In this document: positions 25,346 through 39,099 of the stretch, one piece after another
How the letters are laid out: the number at the start of each line of letters is the position of its first letter
Numbering within the stretch: position 1 is the first letter of the stretch
Assembly (NCBI RefSeq): GCF_001194135.2
Contig: NC_068994.1
Coordinates: 47,909,873-47,973,872 of the forward strand
Length of the DNA stretch: 64,000 bases
Source of the DNA: Octopus bimaculoides
Lineage: Eukaryota
Direction: 5' to 3'
Position numbers and translations under genes: made by a program
Notes under the pieces: model-generated
Told to the model about the DNA's origin: nothing
Database searches by the model: none
The model's input: only the letters and a program-made list of their open reading frames with translations

Positions 25346-27043
25346 TGCTGGGTTTTGGGTTCAATTTCATCCTAATATATATATTTTCCTCTTATCTTGC
25401 CTTTTATATCAGGTCGTTCCTTTTTTTTTTTTTATGAGGTTTATTTTATAATGCTATTATCAAAGAATGAAATATTGGTTTACTTATCCATGTATCTGAC
25501 TGTCTATCCTCTCTCTCTCCCTCTCTCTCTCTCTCTCTCAGGTTGGGCCAAAAGTCATGCACAGAATAAGTTCAATACATTCCAGAATTGTCAAAGACAT
25601 GCTTCAGTTTTTCTAAAATTGTTTAAAATAGATAAAATAATGATGAATACACACACACTTGTACATGAATAATAACAACAATAATAATAATAGGCTAGGC
25701 GCAAGCATATCTGTGTGTGTGTGTGTGTGTGTGTGCATGTGTATACATACATATATGCAAGTATGCAAGCTTACTTCCCAACCAGCTGGACGGGACGCCA
25801 GTCCATCACAGCGTTACTCAAGAGACAGGAGTGAGAGAAAGTTGGGGCGAAAGAGTACAACAGGGGTCGCCACCACCCCCTGCCGGAGCCTCGTGGAGCT
25901 TTTAGGTGTTTTCGCTCAATAAACACACACAGCGCCCGGTCTGGGAATCGAAACCGCGATCTTCCGACTGCAAGTCCGCTGCCCTAACCACTGTGCCATA
26001 GCACCTCCAATGTTACAGATAATGTACATACAATAAATTGGTTATACTTCTACAATACACGAAATATTTTAGCAATTATTTCATACAATTCCTAATAATA
26101 ATTATTAGAATATTATAAGATTTTTTAAACATTAAATGGCTATGATGGTCCACCCAAGTAAAATAAGAATCAAAGTGAGTCTATGGGTAAATAAATGATT
26201 GAGAACAATGTATCATGAGCTATTATAGCTATATTCACATTTGAGATACCACGAAAAATTGTATAAAGTCATCATCATCATTGTCATCGTCATCATCGTT
26301 TTAATGTACATTTTTCCATGCTTGAATGGGTTGGATGGAGTTTATTTGAGGCAGATTTTCTACAGCCAGGTACCCTTCCTGTTGCCAACCACCACTTGTT
26401 TCCAAGCAAGGTAATAATGGGCCCCCACTCATGTTCTTGCAGAATGTTGGAAATGAATGACATTGCTTGTGTGACAGTGATACTCGTTTACAACTATCAT
26501 GCTATGCCAAGACACGGAGACACAATTGCATGCAGACACACACACGTATACATGTGTGTGTGTGTAATGGGATCCTTTCTGCTTCCATCTATCAAATTCA
26601 CTCACAAGTCCCAGGGCTATAGTAAAAGACACTCGCCAAGGTGCCTAACAGTGGGACTGAACCTGGAACCATGTGGTTGGGAAGCAAACTTCTCACCACA
26701 GAGCAACATCTGAATGCTAACATAGTATGTAAAAATTAAAACATTAATTCTTTTCATTTACTATGGTAGGAGACAGATTATCTTGATGTAGTGGAGTTGG
26801 GGGTAGATGTAGGGGTGACAACTTGTCATTGTGTGTCAGTAGAAATATGATGCTTCACTGGCCCTTAACTCCCACTCATACAAGTCTGAGATAATTGAGG
26901 AGGGAGTGAGTCACCAGCAGGTGGTTCATCAATATCATCAGCAGGCTTAACAGCTGCAACAGGGTTGAAATGAATTGGCTTGAAGCATCATTTTTCAGTT
27001 CTTTATTTGCTAATGCTGCTCATTGGGTAGTGCGTCCCTTTAA

Positions 27044-27260
27044 CCCTTTCGTTACCAACCCGGCTGAAACTGGCTCTGGCTCTGAGTACAAATGTCTTAT
27101 CATAAGTTCTGAATTAAAATCTTCCACCAAACCTTAGTCACAATTTATGTTCCTAACACTAGCTGAATGATAACTAAGCTATTTTACTAAATTCTTTGTT
27201 ATATATAAAGTAATTGAAAGAAACACAGAGCATCTCAAAATAAATACAGTAACGAAAGGG
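27044..27260. mobile_element. TTAA-flanked (piggyBac-like) MITE
   Basis: TTAA|CCCTTTCGTTAC ... GTAACGAAAGGG|TTAA. Older related pieces at ~4400-4745, ~6890-7010, ~52400-52790. Confidence 0.8.
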
Positions 27261-27829
27261 TTAAGGGTCTAAGATGTTGATAATATTTCTGTTAATATTA
27301 AGGGCAGCAAGCTGGCAGAATCATTAGCAGGACAGGCAAAATGCTTAGCGGCATTTCATCCATCTTTACATTCTGAGTTCAAATTCTGCCAAGGTCAGCT
27401 TTGACTTTCATCGTCTTGGGGTCGATGAAATAAGTACCAGCTGAGCACTAAGGAGTGGGTATCAATGTAATTGACTTAGCCCTTCCCTGAAATTGCTGGC
27501 CCTGTCCCAAAATTTGAGATCAGTATTTCTGAAACTAAGCTGGCAGAATTGTTAGCACTCTGAACAAAAAGCTTTGCAGTGTTCATTCTGGCTTTTATGT
27601 TCTGAGTTCAAGTACTACGAAGACCAGTTGAATGCTAGGGATTGATATAATCAACTAGCATCCTACCCCAAGGCCTTCTGCCTATTGTAGAAAGAAAACA
27701 AAATTTTACTGAAGCATTAATTTCTCTTGACAATTCAATGTACAAAATGACATTATCAAAGGATTCTCATATAACAGAGAGTTTTGATTTCTTGGACAAT
27801 GGTTCATCATCATCATCATCATCATTCTC

Positions 27830-27985
27830 ACACTGTCACCAATGAGTTCTGTTAACACTTGGAATCCAGAGTCATCTTCTGCGTCTTTCAAACAGGTTCT
27901 GGCATCATGGTCTGTGACATGTTTCACCTGCCCTCTGAAATGAAAATCCTTTGCGTCAAATCCTTCAAAATCATATTATACTTCC
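27830..27985 (-). mobile_element. Possible pogo/Tigger transposase C-terminal relic
   Basis: YDFEGFD...DAEDDSGFQVLTELI resembles the DFxGF and D-x-G-[FY]-Q-x-L-T-D-E-E-I motifs of Tigger/Jerky proteins; short match. Confidence 0.3.
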
Positions 27986-28049
27986 ATACTGTACAAATAA
28001 ATATATATCCCCCTCACCCACCCCAAAATTGGCTTCAGTGGCAGTCTTC

Positions 28050-28610
28050 ATGTAGTTCCTAAGAGCTCTGATGATAACACAAAATTACAGCCAACCTGAA
28101 GCCTGCAGATTAGTAGACTGAAGAAAACAACATGCAGTTCAATGCTGGAAAATTTCAAGTGCTCTGCTACATGTAAACCCACAAACAATTCACAGCCACA
28201 GTGCAGTGAACTAGGGATTATTGCAATCCCGTTATCACAATTACTGTGTGATCCCAGAATACATATGAGTAATGAAGCATCATTCTGTATACATTCTACT
28301 AAGATGGCAACAATGTGCAGGCAACTGGACGGCTGGATTCTGAAATGATACAAAACAAAAAAAAAAAAAAAAAAAAAGAAACCATGTTGGTTCTGTGGAG
28401 AGCATTTGTTCTCAGTTGCCTGGACTACTTACTCCTAGTAATGATTGTCACATAACATCAAACTAACAGCGGGATTCAAGGCAATCCAGAGCTTTTCCAA
28501 GAAAATCACCGCTGTGCAACAAATTAGAGCTACTTGGAGAAGCTAAAAGAAATGATTCTCGATTCCCTAGAGTGAAGACACAGAAGATACACAGTAATAT
28601 ATATATATAT
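28050..28610 (+). mobile_element. CR1/L2-like LINE RT C-terminal relic
   Basis: (S)DDNTKL ~ FADDTKL; ENNMQFNAGKFQVLCY; RIHMSNEASF..KMATMCRQLDGWILK; KETMLVLWRAFVLSCLDY; SYLEKLKEM..SLE.RHRRY. An (A)n run has expanded inside it. Confidence 0.75.
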
Positions 28611-28611
28611 A

Positions 28612-28790
28612 TAGGGAGAATTCACAAAAATAAACAAGACGAAGACAGGTGGTGTAGACAACAAACAGATGTATTAGTATAATGCTCGGGAAGTGAAAAA
28701 AAGTCTTTAATGTTTCGAGCCTAGGCTCTTCCACAGAAAGAAACAAGAGAGAAAAAAAAAGAATGTGTAGTGGCTAGCGATCTATCATGG
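28612..28790 (-). mobile_element. Penelope-like element terminal-repeat relic
   Basis: Minus strand ctgtggaagagcctaggctcgaaacatt followed by a T-rich tail, the typical xTGAxGA..CGAAACG signature of PLE ends. Confidence 0.5.
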
Positions 28791-29002
28791 CGAATGTGTG
28801 TGTGTGTGTGTGTGTGTCAAATTTTGAAGGACTATGTGAGATGGTGATGGTTGGCAATAGGAAAATCTACTTCAAAGAATTTTGTCCAGTCCCTGCAAGC
28901 ATGGAAAAGTAGGCATCAAAATTATTATGATGAAGATCATATCTGTAAATATATACCATATTTTAACGTGTATAAGTAACAATTTTTTTTTTTTTTTTTT
29001 TT

Positions 29003-29235
29003 NNNNNNNNNNNNNNNNNNNNNNNNNNNNNNNNNNNNNNNNNNNNNNNNNNNNNNNNNNNNNNNNNNNNNNNNNNNNNNNNNNNNNNNNNNNNNNNNNN
29101 NNNNNNNNNNNNNNNNNNNNNNNNNNNNNNNNNNNNNNNNNNNNNNNNNNNNNNNNNNNNNNNNNNNNNNNNNNNNNNNNNNNNNNNNNNNNNNNNNNNN
29201 NNNNNNNNNNNNNNNNNNNNNNNNNNNNNNNNNNN
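29003..29235. other. Assembly gap (others: 29787-29796, 40858-41360, 44873-44882, 45258-45752, 53667-54037, 59264-59814)
   Basis: Runs of N; they may hide additional exons. Confidence 1.
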
Positions 29236-29276
<41 letters not shown>

Positions 29277-29572
29277 GTGTGTGTATATATATATACATAT
29301 ATATATATATATAAATATATTCATATATATATTTATATATTATATATTTATATAACATATATATATTATATATATATATGTAACTTTTGCTTGCATGAAT
29401 TTTCTACAGTAGGATGCCCTTCCTGTTGCCAACACTCACCTATATCCAAGTAACATAATATTTTTCCATGGGCAGACATGTTTTCACAAAGTATTGGAAA
29501 TTAATGGCACTGCTTGTGTCTGTGTGTATGTGCACGCATGTACGCATATAATATATATATATGTATGAAAAT

Positions 29573-29645
<73 letters not shown>

Positions 29646-29796
29646 TTTGTAAATATATATTTTACACATTTATGCATACATATATATATATGTGTATAGA
29701 CATATTTATGCATACATCCATACATATGTATATATATGTGTTGTGTACATATAATTTATACATAATAAAAAAAATGTATTTTATATNNNNNNNNNN

Positions 29797-29828
<32 letters not shown>

Positions 29829-29990
29829 ACATAATATACGCACACACATACATGTCATATTATATTAATGTATTATATCTATATGTATTATGCATTGTAT
29901 ATATCATGTGCATGTGTGTGTATATTGTACACTCCAGGCACATTTGTTTTTAATGTGTGTGTGTGTGTATATATATATACCCCACCACCA
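29236..29990. repeat. (TA)n/(CA)n microsatellite block flanking assembly gaps
   Basis: Direct. Other large tracts: (TA)/(CA) 25044-25118, (GA)n 33866-33918, (CT)n 37357-37417, 39047-39098, 43863-43971. Confidence 0.95.
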
Positions 29991-31634
29991 CATCTTCATC
30001 ATAAGCTCTCTTTCTCTCTCTCTCTCTCAGTTCTTCTCCTGCCTTTCAACACAGTTGGCTAAAGAGAATTTGCTTTGTGTGGTAGCAGCCATTTCTGATA
30101 TTGATTGTGTTCTTCGACTGCAAAGACACAAGGAATTCCTTTACTTCATACCTCCACACTTAGTTTTCATATTCCTTGTGTGCAAGATAATCCATATTCC
30201 CTACTCTCTCTCTCTCTTCACATTTATACTTACATAAATACACAACTACATGTTTGTGTGTGTGTGTGCCTTTTGAATTTAAAAACTAGTTTCAAAAGTA
30301 CTGAATATGGAAATAGTGTAATTCTTTATGGCAGTAACAATGTTATCAATCTTTGTTAGTACTCAGAGTTTTACAAATATAGCTAATCATGCATTTGAGT
30401 GAATTCATACATTTTAGACATGGTATTGATAGCAAAAATATTGAATAGGCATTCAGTGGAAAAATTATATAGTTAAATAATTAAACATTACAAATATATA
30501 CATACATACATACATACATATATAGGAGAACAAAATGATTGTATATATATATATATATATGTTTTGATAGCAAGGGGAAAGAATAGCTGTATGTACACAC
30601 ACACACATACTGATATTTATTTTTTAATGTAAATTTTGAACCTGTCCATTTCCTGTAATTCAGACAATAATTCAGTGCATCTGTTTATATATTTCTCACA
30701 ATATATTTGTCTGTTTATCTAAATATCTGGCTGTCTGTATCTGTTTATCATAATCATTTTTTCATATCTCATGCATAGTTATGTTTATTTCTGTTTATAA
30801 CTATCCATTCTATATCTATTATTTATTTACCTATTTGTCCATCTTTTAGCATCTTTGTCTACTCCTGTATATCCAACTGCATATGCATTTACAAGTGTTC
30901 TCATATGTGTGTTTTTGGGTGTTTGGATGTTTGTGTGCGTGCATGTTTATTTATGTCTTTCTTTAAGATTAACTGTAGTACAGCTATAGCTGACATTTAC
31001 TGTGTTTTTATTAAAATGTTTGTGCCATAAACGTGGATCTTGGAATTGTGTGTGTATTAGGGCCTAGGAAATTTTTTGCAATATTCATTATTATCATCAT
31101 CATCATCATCAAAATAATACTTATATCTGCTTTTTCCATGTTAGCATGGGTTACACGAGACTTATTGATAGTCATAAGATATCACCATTGCCTAGTAACA
31201 ATCTGAAAACACATGGATTCAAATACACACATATACACAACAGGTTTCTATAAGTCTCCATCTACCAAATTTCATTCATCTGTATTACCAATTTGATACT
31301 TAGTCACTTAATGGTTAGTCATATTGCATTGTCATTCTAAAGATATATTTATGGAAATCCCCCTTTTTTTATGTCTACCAGAGTTTCTGTGCAATTTTTC
31401 ATTTCATAAAATGGCAACACAGGTTTAATTTTGCTTTGAAACCTTTGCCTTCACTTGAATGTGTATTTGCCCACACAGATGTCTGAATGAGTATGCTAGT
31501 TGTATAGCTGTATAACCGTTTTGTTGATCCAGTATTCTCAGTAATTTTCAAATTCAAACCAATGACAGATGCCACCTCTTGAAGCACATTCTGTCTTTGA
31601 CATCTACTTCAAGGTAGTTTCACTTTTTTTCCAG

Positions 31635-31685
31635 TCATGCTCTGACTTCTGCAACTGTGATGAACGAACAGTTTTGCAGTTGATG
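31635..31685 (+). CDS. Candidate exon (51 bp, phase 0-0): SCSDFCNCDERTVLQLM
   Basis: Acceptor ttcactttttttccAG; donor ATG|GTATGG; only phase 0 is open; matches the phase-0 start of 32580. Confidence 0.5.
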
Positions 31686-32579
31686 GTATGGGGTAGGTGG
31701 TACCACTGGTTGTTTATTTATATAACTGATACAAAAGGCAGAGGTTAGCAATAAGTACTGTTTACTTAGATATTTTGTAGAAGGTGGACAATCATGTTTT
31801 TCTATATAATAATATGTATGTATTTTAAGATACATACATCTAGATAGAACAACTCTTGGATAGTCATGAAAGAGTACAGTTTACTTAGTTATATTTTAGG
31901 TGTACCACCATGTTTACCAGTAATATATTGTAGATATAAGTCTGACAGAATTTTGAGCTAAGAATCTGAAGATCAACTTGTATGTCAAATCAACATGTAC
32001 ACCATAATTTATGACATGTTTGTGTGTGTGTGTGTGTGTGCATGCTTACATGTGTGTGTGTACACGCTTGCATGTGTATGTATGTGTGCATGTTTGCACA
32101 TGTGTATATGCTTGTGCATGTATGTGTATGCAGTATGGCTGGATGGGTAAGAAGTTCACTTTGCAACCACAAGTTTCCAAGTTTGATCCCATTATGTGTC
32201 ACCTTGAGCAAATGTGGTTTTCTATAGCCTTGGGTTGACCCATACCTTGTGAATGAAGTTGGGTGGATGGAAACTGTACAGAAGCCTGTGGGCTTGATTG
32301 TAACTCAAAAGGTACAGTCTTAATTGATTCTGCCTGAGAAATTATGTTAGGAACATACATCTAATTTAACGCTCAGTCATTTACACTTTAGTTCAGGAAC
32401 GGGTAGTTCAGCTTATCAAACAACTGAATCTTCCTCTTTTTAAACACTGACCAATTTACACAGAGTATTTGGTGCATTTTATCATGATACAAGCACTAGA
32501 GAGGCAGTTATGTTTTCAAACAGACGAAGGGACCTCTCTACTGTACATTCCATCCATTAGTTCACTAATTACTTTACAG

Positions 32580-32622
32580 AGTGAAATGAGTGCATTTTTA
32601 CTGTGGCACCAGCACTTGAGAG
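32580..32622 (+). CDS. Candidate exon (43 bp, phase 0-1): SEMSAFLLWHQHLR
   Basis: Acceptor ttcaCTAATtactttacAG with branch motif; weaker donor GAG|GTTACC; only phase 0 is open; its phase-1 end matches 38506. Confidence 0.45.
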
Positions 32623-33409
32623 GTTACCATGCAATGCATAAGTCTAAAGAGTTGTCACTAGTCTACAGTGGCTCTGTTCGTTTAAGATAACATCATCAAG
32701 CAGGCAGATAAGAGAAAGAATAGGGAGAGAATAGTGGAAGAGATACAATGCTGGTTTGAGGGTATGATATGTGTAAGAAACAATGATGGTACAGTGGATA
32801 GGATAATGATTGAATGGGGAAAGGATGAGAGGGCAGGTGACAGGGAGATGATCAGAGGGACAAACAAATATCAGAGAGCATGATAGGAGAAATAAAACAA
32901 TCTTAGAGAAATTAGATGGTGCAGAGAGCATGATGGAAGAAACAAAATAATGATATAGTGGATAAGAGAGAAGAGGAGGCATAGAGGGAGGATGTCATGG
33001 AGAAATTAGTGAGGGGGAGATGGGGGGGACATCAAAACGCATGAAGGGAGAAATAAAGCAATGAGAGAGAGATTAGTGAAAGTGAAAGTAGATAGTATTA
33101 GAGAGAATGATGAGAGAAAAAATGGAAGATAGAGTGGATAGGAAAGTGGAGGAGGAGGAGGGAGAGTGAGTCACTGAGAATAGCAATAGGGAGATGAGAG
33201 GGTATCAGAGCAGGATGGGAGAAAAAAAGTGATAATAAGAGAGTAGTGGTAGGGAATGAGAGGGTAATGAAAAGTAGAGAGAGGCTTAAGAGAGATATAC
33301 TGGGTAAATGGCACAAATGTAACTAGGGGCTAGAAGATGGAGGCTTAACTGAGAGATATTGAGCAATTAACCCAAATGTAGACATATATACCACCCAGCC
33401 ACCATCACT

Positions 33410-33861
33410 GCTATCATTTTAACATTCATTGTACCATGCTTGTGTAGATTGGCAGGTCTCCTCCTGTACTGTAGGATGCCCATTATTGCAGTCTTTTGAT
33501 ATCTCCTTTGTAAGGTTTGGCATCCTGAGGTCAGTCTTCACCTCTTAATCCTTGTTTTCCTAGATTTTTCTCCTCCATAGGTTCTATCCACTTTGGGTGT
33601 CCTGCACTTCCTCATACAGTTGTCATCCTCCATATGCATCGCATATGTGTACCCTTGTAATTTTCTCTCATACATTGCATCATTTCTCTCGGTTCATTTG
33701 TGGTATATCATTCATGTGTACTAACATTACACATCCAGCGTAGCTTGCCTGCTTTCATTTCTTTCAAGTCTTCACAAATCCTCTCCTTCCAAGGCCCACA
33801 TTTCATTACCATTCAGCAACAGATTTTATACACAAGCATCATGCAATTTTCCTTTCACTCT

Positions 33862-33919
<58 letters not shown>

Positions 33920-36690
33920 CTCTTCATTAACAGCAAATATTGTAGATCTCTGAACATTTCCATCCAATTCTTACTTTGGTTAGTATGTTTTCAGAGCATC
34001 CGCCTCCATTAATAATTAGAACACCTGAATAACAAAAGCTATCATCAGCCACCCCTAGAGAATGATCCAGGTTTATGAGGGAGTGTATTTTACTTGTGCT
34101 CTTAAAAGTTTGCTGCTACTATGCATCTTCCATATATGAGCTCTACTTTCTCTGTTAGCATTCTTGTGGTTCCTCTACCTGTAGTTTATACACTGGTTAC
34201 ATTGTATGAAGTTCCCACTTTTTTTTTTCTTTTTTTTTTTTCCGTATGGTGGCAAGGTCCCATTCTACTTGCTATAATTTTAATCTTTGCTAAGTTTACT
34301 TTCGGGCCTTTCAATTCCAGGTTTTGCCTCTGTCTGGAAAATCTGTAAATTTATGGTAGATTAAGTTATAAGAACTAGATCATTAGCATGTAGGAGTTCC
34401 CAGACTGTCTGTATTTAACTCTTCTGATATGGCCCAAAGGACCATAATAAATAGAAGAGGCTACAGACTAAACTTTAATCGACTCTTACTTGAATACTAA
34501 ATTCATCACTGTACACCATCACCTTACTGAATGCATCTTTGAACATGGTCTGCACAGATCTCACAAGCCATTCATCTACATATTGCTTTCACAAAGACCC
34601 ACAAATTATAACTGTGTGGAACCTTGTCAAATTCCTCTCCTGGTCAACAAATGTTAGATACAGCATCAAACACTTAGCCAAAATCTTTTGCTGTTGTCTC
34701 ACTAAGAAAAGCGTATCAACAGTATCTATTCCAGGTACAAAACCAAACTGCATCTCATCCAGGTTAATTCATGTCTTGATTAGCTGTGCTAAAACTCTTT
34801 CGTTTAACTTTCATAACCTGGTCCTTCAATTTTATGCCCCTCTCTCTAACGATTCTCCTTTGCTTTTATAGTAGTCATCTATGATACTGTTTTACCAGTC
34901 ATTGAGTATGGCACTTTCCTGTATGACTTAATTGACTCTACATATGACGACAACATGCCTTACCCTGACAAACCTTTTAATCATTTCAGCAATTCTCTTT
35001 AATGGAATAGTTGCCTTCCCTGCATTCATACCTTTAATCATTTTGTCAACTGTGCTGTCTCTCCATTGGGTTTACCTGGACTAGGCTTTCTCTCACACCC
35101 ATTCATTCTCCACATTTAACAGCTATTGATAATAGCAGTTCCATGCCTCCTTCTTTTCAGTGATGTTAAGAGCATATGTACCACTATCAATGCATATACA
35201 CTTCTCTCCAATGACTTCTGGATTTTCTCTTGCAATCCAGAATATCTTATATCTCTGATCCTCACATCACAGAACATATGTAAACCTCTTACTTTCTGTT
35301 TCATTCCTAGCTAAGCATCTCTTCCAACTACTCTGTATTACCTTCTGCTACTTCTTATCTTCAAGTTTTTCCAAGCCTGTTTCTTTACTTATATGGTTTG
35401 CTATTCTACTACCGCATTCCCTTCCATCTTGCCATGAGTTTGCACCATCAACAAGTTTGATCAGTAACCATCAGCAGATCAACTTAAACCCCTAACTTTC
35501 AGATTACTCTGTCAAATGTGATGCTTATTTATTCACATTGTTTTTTTGTTTTTTTAATTACTCATGCATTTATTATCTTGTAGCTTCACGATTTCAATGC
35601 TGTGATTGTTTATTTCTAAACTGACATTGTAGTGTAGGTGCAAGAAACCAGATCTGGCCTGTTTCAACATAAAACACGTAGAATACTCGGGAGTCAGATA
35701 ATGCCAGTTTAACCCTTTAGCGTTTAAACCGGTCATATCTGGCCAAAATATTCTACCTGTTGTATGTTCAAACTGGTTGTGTCTGGTCTATGACACCTAC
35801 CCTACAGTGTCATTTTAAAAATAAACAATCACATCATCAAAATCTCCCAGCTGTGAAATAATGCTCGATTAATTTAAAATGATGTGAATACATAAACATT
35901 ATGTTTGAAACAGTAATCTGAATACTAAAGAGTTAAAGGACTTTCAGTTTTCCTCTATATTATACTTTGCTATCTCCTCCTTCTCCTCCTCCCTGTTGTC
36001 CTAAGTGTCAACTATAAAATTCTCTGAATCTACAACTGACCAAAGACTCTGAAGGCTTGTTTTTTAACTTCAGTGTTTTCTATCTGTAAATTGCATGTTG
36101 TTTCTGAGTTCACCTAGCTTTTACTGTCAAGTCACTCATCACTGGTTTTATATTGGGTGGTACCTTCTTCACCAGGGAATGATTTGGTATATGCAATAAT
36201 GAGTCTCTCCCTTTTCTGGTAAGAATAAAGTCTATCTGACTTGTGTGTTCATCAGATAGAGATGATCAAGCAGCTGACTGGTTTACTGATGTTCTTATTG
36301 CTGATGGTTAAATCATTTGCATCACAGAATTCCAGAAGCTTTGATCTTACTTCATTTTTTTGCACTATATCCATAGCCCCCACTACCAGCTCACTAGAGA
36401 AGCCATCATAATGTTACTCAATATGCCCATTAAAATCTCCAGCCATGGTAATGAAGTTGCCATCATTTGTTGTCGAGGTTATCAATAGGAGCTTTTCATA
36501 GTTGCAATCCTGGTTGTGGTACAGCTTAATTCTCTCTACCAGTCATGGGCAACCTGCAGTCCACAGGACTTTCTGAATGGCACACCTAATGAAAACTTAC
36601 CTTCAATTTTTTAGTAGTGTGGCCTGCCTGATGATAAGCCAAATCTCATGTGGATTACTTCTCAAAAAAGGATACCCATACCTGTCCGTT
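33410..36690 (-). mobile_element. Degenerate, near full-length RTE-clade LINE (APE endonuclease + reverse transcriptase), interrupted by (GA)n and MITEs
   Basis: Minus-strand translation fragments: AGDFNGHIE (~36430), KLLEFCDANDL (~36330), LDEMQFGFVPG (~34750), DEWLVRSVQTMFKDA (~34560), WELLHANDLVL (degenerate YADD, ~34385), FCYSGVLIINGGGCSE (~34020), LRWMCNVS (~33730). Many stops and frameshifts. Confidence 0.85.
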
Positions 36691-36979
36691 ACTCCTCATT
36701 CGTGTGTGTGTGTGTGTGTGTAGAATGAATGTCCGTATTTTTGATTCCTGAACTGGGTGGCATGTTGTGTCTCTGAGCAAGGTACATGATTACTGTTACA
36801 GTCCACTTAGCTGAATTGAGTTTGAACTGTAGTTGGATGTTAACCTTGTGGTAGATTGGTGTTCCAGCCGAAGCAGAACCTTCTGGTCTCAGCCACTCAT
36901 ATAACAGAAGCCAAGATAAGCTCTGGTGTAATGAGTCTGTCTGTAAGGCTCAAGACTAACTTCAACTTTGTTTGAAGTA

Positions 36980-37017
<38 letters not shown>

Positions 37018-37355
37018 CTTGCACAGGCATACATATAATACATGTGTAAGTGTGTATTATATATGTATACATATGTGTATATATATATCTTATCTCTCTC
37101 CCTTTCTATGTGTATATATATATATATATATATACACATGCTTATACACACACACACACACACATATATATGTACATTTGTACGTGTAGGCATATAGAAT
37201 TGTGTGTGTGCGTAAGCGCAGTAATTCTTCACACAATCATGGATATGCATTGAATCTTCCCCCTCCCCTTCATCACAAATTTTCATTTCTGCTCTTCACT
37301 CCATAGTCTCCACTTTCTACCTCACTCGCTCCTTCCTCTCCTCTTCCCCCAGCTT

Positions 37356-37421
<66 letters not shown>

Positions 37422-37722
37422 TTTCCATAGCTGCCTCGACTATGAACAGCCAACCCTTTCCTTAATATGTGGTTGCAGTGATTCTAAATAATACGTGTGC
37501 AGTGCTAGTCAGCCAGAATTGCATTGCACGCTTGTCAGCCTAGCTATCTACTGAGCCGGCTCAGCAGATTGCTTTTACACAAACCCACAATAGCTTTTTA
37601 ACTCCTCTCTGGCAAGTTAGTTACAATTCACTACATTCACTCTCATCCTACTCTACTACTACTGCTTGCTCTAGATTAATATTTATTATTATTATCATTA
37701 TTATAAATCATCATCATCATCG

Positions 37723-37757
<35 letters not shown>

Positions 37758-38505
37758 GTTATTAAGGAAATCATTCTTTTTGCTATAATCCATTGCTCTT
37801 ATTACTATTATCGTTGTAGTAGTGGTGATGGTGGTGGGACGATCGATTCTTAACCACCCTCCCTCTTACCAAAATATTTTGTGACCTTGTGCCTAAATTT
37901 ATTATTGTTACCGTGAGAAATCTTATATAATGCTAAAAATCACTTTTATTTTTATTTTAAGATAATAAATGAATAAATAATAAAACATCATCATCATCGT
38001 CGTCGTTGTCGTTGTTGTTGTTGTTGTTATTTCTATTAATTATTACCTGTATATTTAGTATCAGAAGCTTTTGCAACATAGAGAAACAACAATTTTTCCC
38101 TCTACTTCACAAATGATAAAACCATAAAACCATTCCTATTTTCAATTATTTTTCATATCTTGTTTGTGTTTTCCAGTTGTTTTTGTTTGCATTTTGTTTT
38201 TGTTGTTGTTTTTCTTTTATGTCTTCTTTCCTTTTTAATTAATTTTTTTGTTTTTTAAATAATTTTAGTTCATGAAATTCAAAGGAAGGAAAAACAAACT
38301 GTAAAAACACAAAAATATCAGCTTTAGTGAAATATAATCTTCACAATTCTTTCTTTTTCCTTTCTTCTCTTTCTCCTGCTTCACTTCTTTTAATCCCATC
38401 TAATCTACATTTGAATACTTACTACACTTTTATCTTAGAAATGACTAAAACCTAAAGAAGGATTAAAAGAATTAATAAAGTTATTGTAATTTATTTTCTC
38501 TTTAG

Positions 38506-38601
38506 ATTTTGTCAAGAAAGAATTTAGTATTGGGTTTTATATTATAGCTGAGATGTATAAAAGATATGAGGAGTTTTCGTCAGGGCGAGCCAAACTAATA
38601 G
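38506..38601 (+). CDS. Candidate exon (96 bp, phase 1-1): (D)FVKKEFSIGFYIIAEMYKRYEEFSSGRAKLI
   Basis: Acceptor ttattttctctttAG; donor TAG|GTATGC; only phase 1 is open; protein-like composition with weak resemblance to RGS helices. Confidence 0.65.
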
Positions 38602-39043
38602 GTATGCGCTCTGAGTGCTCAAATTGGTATGCTACTAAAATTTCAGTTTGAACTGCAGTTGAAGATGTGATTTTGTGACTGCCCTTTCTAAAGCAGCTAG
38701 AAGTGGCTCCCCCTTGAGTCAGTATCTATAACTGAGATGTAGAATTTTGATACAAGTTTGTATACTCTTTTACTGGTTCCAGCCAGCTACTAAGTTGTGG
38801 GCCATGCCAGAGTAACACCACAGAAAAAGAAATGGTTTTGTTTTGGGTGGTTTTTTGTGTGTTTTTTTTTCTTTCTTTCTTTCTTTCTAGTTTTGAATTT
38901 CAAATGGAGAAAAAGTTCAGATAAAAATTAATGAAAATGTTTTTTTTATTTTTCATATATTCAATTTTTCAATTATTTGAAATTCAATTTTAGTTGATTT
39001 TTTTTTTTATATATATATTTTCAGTTTAGTTCTGCTTCCCTTC

Positions 39044-39099
<56 letters not shown>

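Noticed and set aside
28048-28353. Minus-strand 101-aa ORF with an apparently strong acceptor
   Set aside because: It is the antisense of a CR1/L2 RT relic; the pyrimidine tract is an expanded (A)n inside the LINE.
30031-30081. Possible exon FFSCLSTQLAKENLLCV with an RGS-like ENL motif
   Set aside because: Weak donor (GTG|GTAGCA), acceptor supplied by a (CT)n tract, and two RGS starts 50 residues apart are implausible; left unresolved.
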